The position numbers and the translations under genes are program-made. Below are positions 56,599-64,000 of a DNA stretch of 64,000 bases, one piece after another. The DNA lies in the NCBI GenBank assembly GCA_963814585.1, contig CAWFDF010000013.1:91946-155945 (forward strand). Reading direction: 5' to 3'. Source of the stretch: an uncultured delta proteobacterium. GTDB taxonomy: Bacteria > Myxococcota > Myxococcia > Myxococcales > Anaeromyxobacteraceae. Each line of letters starts with the position of its first letter. Positions within the stretch are counted from its first letter, which is position 1. Below the pieces are notes generated by a model. That model did no database searches, was not told where the DNA came from, and worked only from the letters and a program-made list of their open reading frames with translations.

Positions 56599-57981
56599 AT
56601 GCGTTTCTTTAAGATAGCCAGACAAGCATCAGCTATTTCATTTGACGGCACCACAGTCCGTTATATCAAGCTTGTCCAGCAAGCGGGTAAGATCGTTATC
56701 ACCCGCTTTATTGAAGAAGCCTCTCCCAACTTATCAACCTTTGTTTCACAGCACAATCTTTATAACGAAATTGTCTCCATGTCTGCACCAGAAGAAGAGA
56801 GCTTTTTCAAGTTTCTTGAAAAAGAAGACGGAGTAAACGAATCAAGCGAAACCCTTCTTTCCGAACATCTCCCCAAAGGTGTTGATGCTGAAACCGTCTC
56901 CATGGAACGCTTTTCCATTGATAAATCAAAAGGCTTATTGCTTCACTTTGTCCACAACGAAGCAACAGACAAACTCAAACAGGAAAGCAGTAATTCAAAA
57001 TTAATTCCAGATCGCATTGGAGGTGGGATATGCGAAATGGGTATTGCCATCCAGAATTTTATTGAAAAGGATTATACAGGAACCGTCTTATTACTGGAAC
57101 CTAAACTATGTCATGCCATAATCTTCTCGCAGGGTGCATTTTCAGATTGTGAAACACTTCATGCAGGGCAAATCCATTTTCAGGAAAATCCAATCTATTT
57201 CTTAAACGAGGTGTCCCGTTTTCTCATTTATTACTGGGAGACAAAACAGATTAAGTCCGGGTTTAAGGATATTCGTTTGCTTGAATCAAATCCAAACCTT
57301 GAAGAGTTTTTTAAAACACAGGGTTATTTCATAAGTTCATTAAACACCCCTTTAACCAGCAGCAACAGCCAGGTTTATGCTTTGGCATACAACTCATTGA
57401 CCCTTGGAATGGCGGCCATCAACCACAATTCAGTAATGGAGCCAAAGCTTAAAAATGGCCTCTTGTTTCAGAAAGCAGAGTCTATTTTATTACGGCTTGT
57501 TTTTCCCATAGTTGGCTTAAGTCTTGTTCTTCTTCTTTTTATCATGCTGTCGCTATACGGCGTAAAGCATCTTGGCGAGAAACGCCTTAAGTTAAAGGGA
57601 GGCGAGATTGAGCAAACCCTGGCACTCAGAGAAGAAAACAAATCACTCCTTGAAACAATCCATGAAGCCCGCACACTTGTTCAGGGTAGAAACTTTGAAA
57701 GCGGAATATTCCAGATATTAAGTCGTGCCATGCCAACGGATGTCTGGCTAACATCAATGCAGTATGACCGTGAAACCGGACAAAAGATTATACTGGGTGG
57801 TGTCAGTGAAAAAGAGACTGCAATTGAAACCTTATATACAAATCTGGAAAAAGATGGGCACTTCAAGAATGTAAGGCTTCTTTTTACAGAACGTATGGAT
57901 AAAGCTGAAATCGCAAGAAAAAGCAGCCGCTCACTTGGTCAAAGCATTGTCCGGTTCTCAATTGAAATGGATGCGCCATGA
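56599..57981 (+). CDS. GspL-like / PilM-PilN fusion
   Basis: Cytoplasmic N-domain, one TM near residue 300, then MPTDVWLTSM...LEKDGHFKNV PilN-like domain. Confidence 0.7.
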   Translation: MRFFKIARQASAISFDGTTVRYIKLVQQAGKIVITRFIEEASPNLSTFVSQHNLYNEIVSMSAPEEESFFKFLEKEDGVNESSETLLSEHLPKGVDAETVSMERFSIDKSKGLLLHFVHNEATDKLKQESSNSKLIPDRIGGGICEMGIAIQNFIEKDYTGTVLLLEPKLCHAIIFSQGAFSDCETLHAGQIHFQENPIYFLNEVSRFLIYYWETKQIKSGFKDIRLLESNPNLEEFFKTQGYFISSLNTPLTSSNSQVYALAYNSLTLGMAAINHNSVMEPKLKNGLLFQKAESILLRLVFPIVGLSLVLLLFIMLSLYGVKHLGEKRLKLKGGEIEQTLALREENKSLLETIHEARTLVQGRNFESGIFQILSRAMPTDVWLTSMQYDRETGQKIILGGVSEKETAIETLYTNLEKDGHFKNVRLLFTERMDKAEIARKSSRSLGQSIVRFSIEMDAP

Positions 57982-58523
57982 AAGATATAGTCCGTTATTA
58001 TTATCATTACAGGCTTTGGTTAAAACCAATACTTTTACTTGTGCTTTGTTTCGGGTTATTGCTTTACCTTGTATGGCCTATTGCGGAAAGGGTAGGAGCA
58101 CAATTTCAATCCCTCATGTATTCCCGCAATAAGGAGAAAGAAGCCTTTACCTGGGTTAAGAAAAAAGACCATCTCATAGCACTTAACAATTCTTTCAAGG
58201 ACGAGGTTCGCAACATCAAGCTTGGTATTTCCAAAGAGCGAAGATTATCAGCTCTGTTTGGTCTTTTGAACAATGCTGCAACACAGGCAGGGCTTAAGTT
58301 TGAGACTGTCAAGCCTGGTGTGGAAGATGAAACGCCTCGGCATGTAAGAGTGCCATTCGACCTGTCAATTAAAAGCAATTATCATTCAATAGGTCTGTTT
58401 CTTAATCAGCTTGAAAAGAGCGGTTGCATTATGCAGATTGAACGGATCACATTAAATGCCCCAAGGCTTGATCAAAAAGGTGTTGATGCCATGATTACAC
58501 TTTCATTCTTTGTAATAAAATGA
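57978..58523 (+). CDS. PilO/GspM-like protein
   Basis: N-terminal TM, coiled region, SNYHSIGLFLNQLE; ATGA coupling. Confidence 0.78.
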   Translation: MKDIVRYYYHYRLWLKPILLLVLCFGLLLYLVWPIAERVGAQFQSLMYSRNKEKEAFTWVKKKDHLIALNNSFKDEVRNIKLGISKERRLSALFGLLNNAATQAGLKFETVKPGVEDETPRHVRVPFDLSIKSNYHSIGLFLNQLEKSGCIMQIERITLNAPRLDQKGVDAMITLSFFVIK

Positions 58524-58984
58524 TAAACAAAAAACTTTTCCCATATCTTTTGCTCCTGGCCTTTTTTATCTGGGGATATAACATTTATCAGGTTAAAAAC
58601 CGGCTCTCTCCATCAGATGGCATACGGCCTTCAACACCTGATACTTCAATACATACCGGACAAGACAATACCATTAAACAAACCACTGTTTATGATGTAA
58701 GTCTTAGAGATCCCTTTGAAGCACCTGGCACAATAGCTCCTGTAATACATAAAGATAATGGTCCCAAGAAGAATGCGGAACCTTTTATTGTTGAACCGCC
58801 GCCATTTACCATCAATGGAATTATGTGGGATAGCAAGTCACCCTCTGTTCTCCTGGCCGATACACGTACAGGCGAGGTGACAATGGCAAGCAAGGGCACA
58901 CTCTTGAATGACCTTAAGGTCATTGATATTACGCAAAACAGTGTGAAGGTTAAATATAAGGGAAAGGATTTTGAACTACGTTGA
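58520..58984 (+). CDS. PilP/GspC-like accessory protein
   Basis: N-terminal TM (IWG), RDPF motif, INGIMWD, VIDITQNSVKV. Confidence 0.6.
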   Translation: MINKKLFPYLLLLAFFIWGYNIYQVKNRLSPSDGIRPSTPDTSIHTGQDNTIKQTTVYDVSLRDPFEAPGTIAPVIHKDNGPKKNAEPFIVEPPPFTINGIMWDSKSPSVLLADTRTGEVTMASKGTLLNDLKVIDITQNSVKVKYKGKDFELR

Positions 58985-60324
58985 AGAACCAATCCGGCTA
59001 TGCCCTTTTCTTAACTGTTTCCATGGTTGTTGTAATCTCATTCTTTTTGCTTGCAGTAATTCAGGTCTATCGTGTCCGCTATGGTGGGATTATATCTCAG
59101 GGCAACCGGATTAAAGCAAAATATCTGGCTGAAGCTGGTATTGAAAAGGCTAAACAGCTTCTTGTTAGCGGCACAGACACCCTTTATCAGGAAGACATGG
59201 ACGATAAAAGCGGGTTCAGTCTGTCTATTAAAGTACGTGGGGGATATTTTGAGGTGCAAAGCATAGGAAGATTTATCAAGACACGAGACACCTTGAAAGC
59301 AGCCTTGGGTCAAACAATGCCAATTTCATTCTCAACCGCCTTTACATTAAACGACTATCAGAAAGACCTTGTTGTGGCAGGCAAGACCTCAATAACAGGT
59401 GATGTTTCATTGGTTAAGGCAAAAATATTCCCAGCACGTGTCAGCGGATATACTTATGCAGGGGATAAGACACAGACTGGGAATTTAGTACAGCTTGATC
59501 ATCCTGATACCCTATTTGACAAGCCCCTGCAACATCAGATTGCAGAATGGCGGAAAACCTTTACTACCATGGAGGGTTACGATGAAGTTATTCATGCTTC
59601 CCTTTTTCTTGATTCAAAAAGAGGCTTTGAAAGATCACGGTTTCAGAAAAAGAAAATCTTTGTTGAGGGGTTATTTGAAGTATCAGACTCAATCCACTTT
59701 GATGGCCCATCTGAAATAGTTGCAGAACAGGGTGTAACAATTGAAGGGCAATCATCTGTTAATTCAGTTGATATTTTCTCCAATGGCAGGGTAACCATTA
59801 AAGATAATGCCATGCTGGACAATGTGCTGATTTATGCGCGAAAGGGTATTTTCTTTACTGATAAGGTTTCCGTGTCCGGCCAGTTTATTACAGAGGATAC
59901 TATTTCCATCTCAGGAAACAGCAGTATCAGCTATCCTGCCTTTTGCTATGTGCTGCCTTCAATAGAAGATAAGCGGCTCAAAGGAGGAATCATTTTCAAG
60001 ACAACAAAATCTTGTTCAGGAGCATTTGTCATAGGCTTTCGTGATACCTCAAACACCGGTGTCACGCTTTCTCAGAGACAGGTATTTTTATCCATTAATG
60101 GAAATATTCGGGGTATCATATTTAACCAGTATCTTACCCAGTTTTCAGGCATACTGGAAGGCCATTTAACAACACAAGGGCTTTTTCTTTCCCAAGGTAG
60201 CACTACATACTTAAACTGGCTCCTAAACGCTACAATAGACCGTAAAAAGCTCCCTAATACAATGGTCGTGCCTACAATGTTCAGTAGAAATTCAGTACCG
60301 TCTGTCATGAGGTATATGGAATGA
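58981..60324 (+). CDS. Large GspK/PilX-like minor pseudopilin
   Basis: MKNQSG|YALFL hydrophobic helix, AKYLAEAGIE, beta-rich C-domain; TTG start overlapping the upstream stop. Confidence 0.7.
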   Translation: MKNQSGYALFLTVSMVVVISFFLLAVIQVYRVRYGGIISQGNRIKAKYLAEAGIEKAKQLLVSGTDTLYQEDMDDKSGFSLSIKVRGGYFEVQSIGRFIKTRDTLKAALGQTMPISFSTAFTLNDYQKDLVVAGKTSITGDVSLVKAKIFPARVSGYTYAGDKTQTGNLVQLDHPDTLFDKPLQHQIAEWRKTFTTMEGYDEVIHASLFLDSKRGFERSRFQKKKIFVEGLFEVSDSIHFDGPSEIVAEQGVTIEGQSSVNSVDIFSNGRVTIKDNAMLDNVLIYARKGIFFTDKVSVSGQFITEDTISISGNSSISYPAFCYVLPSIEDKRLKGGIIFKTTKSCSGAFVIGFRDTSNTGVTLSQRQVFLSINGNIRGIIFNQYLTQFSGILEGHLTTQGLFLSQGSTTYLNWLLNATIDRKKLPNTMVVPTMFSRNSVPSVMRYME

Positions 60325-60644
60325 ACAACAAAGGATTCACAATATCAGAGGTGTTGATTGCCTTAGCCCTTTTCTGTGTTTTTGTAGTACCCTTAACCGG
60401 CCTTCTTCACCATATAGTTTCAGATACAGGTGTCCGGCACAAGATAATAGCCATGCGACTTGCACGTAATAGTATGGAACATGCATTAGCGTTTCCTAAA
60501 TCAGTCAAAAGTGAAGCGGCAACAGTTGATGGGTTTGAGGTAAAATAAGAGGTTGAAGGCAGCGACCTTAAAAAGGTCAAGATTACTGTTTTGCGCAATG
60601 GTAAGCAGCTCTTTTTACTTCAAAGCTTGGTTTATAGTGGATGA
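60321..60644 (+). CDS. Prepilin-like (pseudo)pilin with in-frame TAA at 60546
   Basis: MNNKG|FTISEVLIAL type IV signal; the frame continues EVEGSDLKKVKITV...LVYSG to TGA 60642-60644. Confidence 0.78.
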
Positions 60645-60648
60645 TACA

Positions 60649-61417
60649 ATCAAAATACTGCCGGTAGATTCGACTCCATGACGGGATGCGAGACATCCAG
60701 CGCCGGTCAGGTCGAAAAGTTCAAAGGGCCCCAGTTTGAAGCCGGCCTGATCTTTGAGGATCCGGTCGATCGTGGCGAAATCGGAGATGCCTTCGCCCAC
60801 GATGCGCAGGGCCTCGGTGCCATAACCGCGGCCGGCATGGTTGACGATGAAGCCGGGCGTGTCTTGCGCCTGTACCGGCGTGTGTCCCATCTGGCGGGCG
60901 TAGCGCGTCAGTCCATCGCAAGCGGCCGGATCGGTCTTGAGACCTGCAATGACCTCGACGACCTTCATCAAGGGAACAGGGTTGAAGAAGTGGTAGCCGG
61001 CAAACCGGCCGGGCCGCTTCAGCCCCGCAGCGATCGCAGTGACGGAAAGCGAGGATGTGTTGGTGACCAGCACCGTGTCCGGACCGACGATGGCCTCCAG
61101 CTCTGCAAACAGGGTTTTCTTGACGTCCAGGCGCTCAACGATGGCCTCGACGACGAGGTCGCAGTCGTGCAACATGGACAAATGATCGGCCAGCGTCAGG
61201 CGGGCTTTGTTGTCCACGACGGACTCCGGGCTCAAACGGCCTTTTTCTTCGAGTCTGTCCCACTGCGAAAACACGGCTTCGCGGGCGGAGGCCAGGGTCT
61301 CGGGCTGGGTGTCAAAAATCTTGACTCTGCTGCCAGCCTGGGCAGCGATTTGCGCGATTCCCGCCCCATGGCGCCGGCGCCGATGACGGCAATTGTCGAA
61401 AATGTGACTTCTTTCAT
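60649..61417 (-). CDS. 3-hydroxyacyl-CoA dehydrogenase (PaaH-like), 3'-truncated, with indels
   Basis: VIGAGAMG, VEAIVERLDVK, TNTSSLS, HFFNPVP, DTPGFIVN, GPFEL, LDVSHPVMESIYRQYFD. Confidence 0.88.
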
Positions 61418-61477
61418 GATTTGATTATGGTTCAGTGTGTTACTGCAGGATACAACTGTGCCAAAATCCCGATTCAA

Positions 61478-62480
61478 ATGAAGCAAGCTGTGAACTTAAG
61501 ACATATCGTGGCCGGAGGGCTTGTTCTGGCGTCGGCATTGAATTGCGACGCCATGAGTCTTGAACGGGCCAAGGGCATGGCCTTGATTGGCCGCCCCCTT
61601 GACCTCAGCGTCCAGGTCAAGCTGGACCCTACCGATGACGCCGCGGCGCTGTGCGCCGTTGCCGAAGTCTTCTATGCGGACCGTCGCGTGGAAGCCGGTC
61701 AAGTGCAAGTGACCTCGGAGCGTGGTACTTCCGCAGAGGAAGCGATGGTCCGTATCCGGTCGTCGGCGCTCGTGGACGAGCCGGTCGTCACCGTTTCACT
61801 GAAGGCGGGTTGCAAGCAAGGCTTGACGCGTCGCTATGTCTTGCTTTCTGAGTTGCCTGGTCAAAACGTCGTGGAAGTGCCTGTGGCCAGCGCACGTGCC
61901 GCAGTTGAGCCGGCGGGCCGTCCCTATCCGGCGACGGCAGGCGATGGCGAAGGTGGAGTGATTCCGGGTGCAATGCCGCCTGTGAGCCGAACCGCGCCGG
62001 TCAGGGCCACAAAAGAAAAGCCCCCGGTGGCAGCCAAGGCGGCTACCACTGCCGAGTCCCGCCGGGCAGAGGCCAAAGCGCCGGCGCGAAGTGTCGTGCG
62101 TAGCCAGGAGCCACCGACTTCGGCTGGAAAGCCTCGCCTGAAACTCGATCCCGCCGAGATCTTGATCGCGCGCGATCCAGTGTTGCGGGCGTCAACAGAA
62201 CTGCTGACGGTTCCCCAGGAGACCGGCTCCCGGCGCGTGGAAGCAGCGGCCCTTTGGCGTGCGCTCAACGCGACGCCTGACTCGGTCATCGACGACGACG
62301 CATGCTGGCGCTTCGGACCAATGTTCGCCATGCGGCTGCCAGAACCAGAAGAACAAAACCGCGTCGCAGATCTCGAGCCCGTTTGCAGCCGGCACAGGCG
62401 AGAGCACTCTGGGAGCACGCTCGTTTATGCGCTGCTGGCTCCTTTCTGGTGCTGACCTTGGGTCCAGCAGCGTATCTGCT
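61478..62480 (+). CDS. FimV-like protein, N-terminal part (truncated, indels near the 3' end)
   Basis: Signal peptide, ALIGRPLDLSV, VDEPVVTVSLKAGC...RRYVLL, PRLKLDP, TM LVYALLA; end approximate. Confidence 0.68.
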
Positions 62481-63084
62481 GGGCCGCGTTCTCGAGGTCC
62501 AGCCGCACATGCGGAGCCCGCGCGTCAAGCTCGTGGTCGAAGTGCCCGCTGTCGCGCTTCTTCTGGTTCTGACCCACCGGCAGGCGCACATAGCGCACGA
62601 CGTTGTTGCCGCTCTTGTCGCCCCCGATGTAGCCCTTCTTGGCCAGAGCGTTGACCAGTGCCACGCACAGCGCCTCGTTGGCGCAGTCGGGGTCGTCAGC
62701 GTCCAGGAAGACGCCGATCTGCTCCTTGCCTGGGCTGGTCCTGATGATGTAGCTGGGGCCCGCTGTGAGACCCGACCTGTCGGCGTCATCCACCACCAAA
62801 GACAACTGGCGCGCGAAGCACGAGCGACGGCGTCCGATCTCGCCGTCTTCGGTGTACTGCAGCGCTGCCGTGCAGTAGTAGGTGTTCTGCTTGCCCCACG
62901 AGTCCGCCACCGCGTCGGCGTGCTCTGCGCCTCCGTACGGGCGGCCGGCCCAGTTGCCTGAGCTTGGGTCACCGATGAAGTTGGCTACCCACAGGAAAGT
63001 GCCCGCAGGCGACGCCGACCCGACTTCCGCAAGAAAGCTCGTGTTGCTGACAGCAGCGTTGTGATGATGAATGACGGCAGACAT
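62480..63084 (-). CDS. RepB-type (AEP superfamily) DNA primase domain, truncated at the junction
   Basis: NTYYC, LVVDD, PSYIIRTSPGKEQ, RYVRLPVGQNQK; TGATG coupling to the upstream ORF. Confidence 0.7.
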
Positions 63085-63449
63085 CACGAGCACTTTCCGC
63101 CGTCGCACTCCTCGTCGTAGTCACCCTCAGGCGTGCCGCCAGGTGCGCGCAGCGTGTCTTTCAAGTCCTCGTGTATGTCCAAGAGCGCAGCCATGGCCTT
63201 GATGGTCCTGGCGAGATCCATGAACTGCGCCAACGCGTCCTGCAGAGACGCGCACGACCACGTCCAGTCATCCGGGCATCCATCAAGGAGCAGGTTCCAG
63301 GTGCCGCCGGCCTGAGGCAGGGCCCAGACACCGTACTCTGCAGCCTTGTCCTGCAGCATCGCGGCATCAGCCGCGTCGTGGCCACTCAGGTCGAAGGGCC
63401 TCGCCCTGCGCACGCAGGTGCCGTTCAAGGTCAGGAGGTTGTCCATCAC
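63084..63449 (-). CDS. Hypothetical protein of mobile element
   Basis: 121-aa ORF with GGAGG RBS; stop overlaps the primase start. Confidence 0.55.
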   Translation of the reverse strand: MMDNLLTLNGTCVRRARPFDLSGHDAADAAMLQDKAAEYGVWALPQAGGTWNLLLDGCPDDWTWSCASLQDALAQFMDLARTIKAMAALLDIHEDLKDTLRAPGGTPEGDYDEECDGGKCS

Positions 63450-63497
63450 GCCACCTCCTGCTTGCTGACCAGGCGGTGGCTGGCTGTGGACTTCGCG

Positions 63498-63746
63498 CTA
63501 TGCTTGGGGTGCTCGCTTCTTGCTTGCCCGGTCATCGCGCCGTCCTGCCAGGGGCGCTTTGACGTTTATGGGGCCCGCAGATGCTGGGCGTGGCGGTCGC
63601 AATGGTGGTGGCGCCGCTCGTGGTGCTGGCAGGGGCGGCAGTTTGTGGGCCCGCACCGGCACGATGAGTGCCGCAGCAGGGCGTGCGGTCAGCGCGGCTG
63701 CGATGAACGCTGGCAGGGTCGGCAGTGGGCGGATGTGGCTGTTCAT
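63498..63746 (-). CDS. Small Pro/Ala-rich hypothetical protein
   Basis: ATG overlaps the AlpA stop (ATGA); 82 aa. Confidence 0.35.
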   Translation of the reverse strand: MNSHIRPLPTLPAFIAAALTARPAAALIVPVRAHKLPPLPAPRAAPPPLRPPRPASAGPINVKAPLAGRRDDRASKKRAPQA

Positions 63747-64000
63747 GCAGCCCCCTGGACTCGGGCCGCAAGGTTGGCCTTGACGTCGGCCAAGAGCCAG
63801 CGAGTGAACCGCCTGCTCTTGATGACAGGGGCCGGAAACGAGCCAGCGGCAACGGCGGCATGGATCCACGTATTGCCGACACGGAAGAGGGCCTTGATGT
63901 CGTTGATGTCGGCAAGTGCGACGTCATCGTGGCCTTGAGCCAGTGGAGGCCGCCGAGCGGTTTTGCTTCCCTTGCCTCCGACGGCCGCGCGGCCGCAGCG
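63743..64000 (-). CDS. AlpA-family regulator/excisionase (5' end beyond the window; absent from the ORF track)
   Basis: DINDIKALFRVGNTWIHAAVAAGSFPAPVIKSRRFTRWLLADV matches the AlpA HTH + FPxP + RW pattern. Confidence 0.78.
   Translation of the reverse strand, partial: RCGRAAVGGKGSKTARRPPLAQGHDDVALADINDIKALFRVGNTWIHAAVAAGSFPAPVIKSRRFTRWLLADVKANLAARVQGAA

Larger units (their letters stand above)
62480..64000 (-). mobile_element. Fragment of phage satellite / integrative element (alpA-ORF-ORF-primase)
   Basis: Gene order, tight start/stop coupling, AlpA plus primase. Confidence 0.6.

Noticed and set aside
50584..60548. Stop-codon reassignment suggested by in-frame TGA (50584) and TAA (60546)
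   Set aside because: Two different stops, each seen once; TGA and TAA end other genes in the same segment with normal start/stop overlaps; the nearby gspE indel points to sequence error or decay
50377..60648. Low-GC genomic island horizontally acquired by the myxobacterium
   Set aside because: Genes are cut mid-frame at both borders, no integrase/att/IS is present, and the host sequence does not resume afterwards
50378..62500. All junctions produced by GATC restriction-ligation
   Set aside because: Only the first junction has GATC; the other two do not

Overview
The window looks like a mosaic of four unrelated DNA segments joined end to end, with genes cut at the joins. (1) 1-~50381 is very GC-rich Anaeromyxobacter/Myxococcota-like chromosome. 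It carries a dTDP-sugar cluster, otsB-xseA-xseB, hemE-hemN-hemH, a lysS-lolC/E-lolD-bamA-skp-lpxD-fabZ-lpxA-lpxI operon, a GH57/DUF4912 pair, two Ser/Thr kinases, an EF-G paralogue, glnE, a patatin, a Fic protein, nfo, a DHH phosphoesterase, 6S RNA-ygfA-ymdB, a CNNM protein, a sulfatase and the tail of tyrS. (2) ~50377-~60648 is AT-rich and FCB-group-like. It encodes a beta-propeller/FN3 protein with a T9SS-like C-terminal domain, followed by a type II secretion/type IV filament operon. (3) ~60649-~62480 is a betaproteobacterial-looking piece (paaH-like and FimV-like fragments). (4) ~62480-64000 is an AlpA-ORF-ORF-RepB-type primase module typical of phage satellites or integrative elements. 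The best sequence-level finds are a 183-bp fold-back MITE with 25-bp perfect terminal inverted repeats ending in CTAG, a Fic protein lacking the catalytic His with its own palindrome-rich promoter, a Cu/Zn-SOD-like protein lacking most metal ligands, a composite direct/inverted intergenic repeat, the T2SS-like operon and the satellite module. Scattered single-base indels and isolated stops suggest low-coverage or long-read error. All family calls are from motif recognition by eye; no searches were run. No clearly novel multi-gene system can be proven from this sequence alone.
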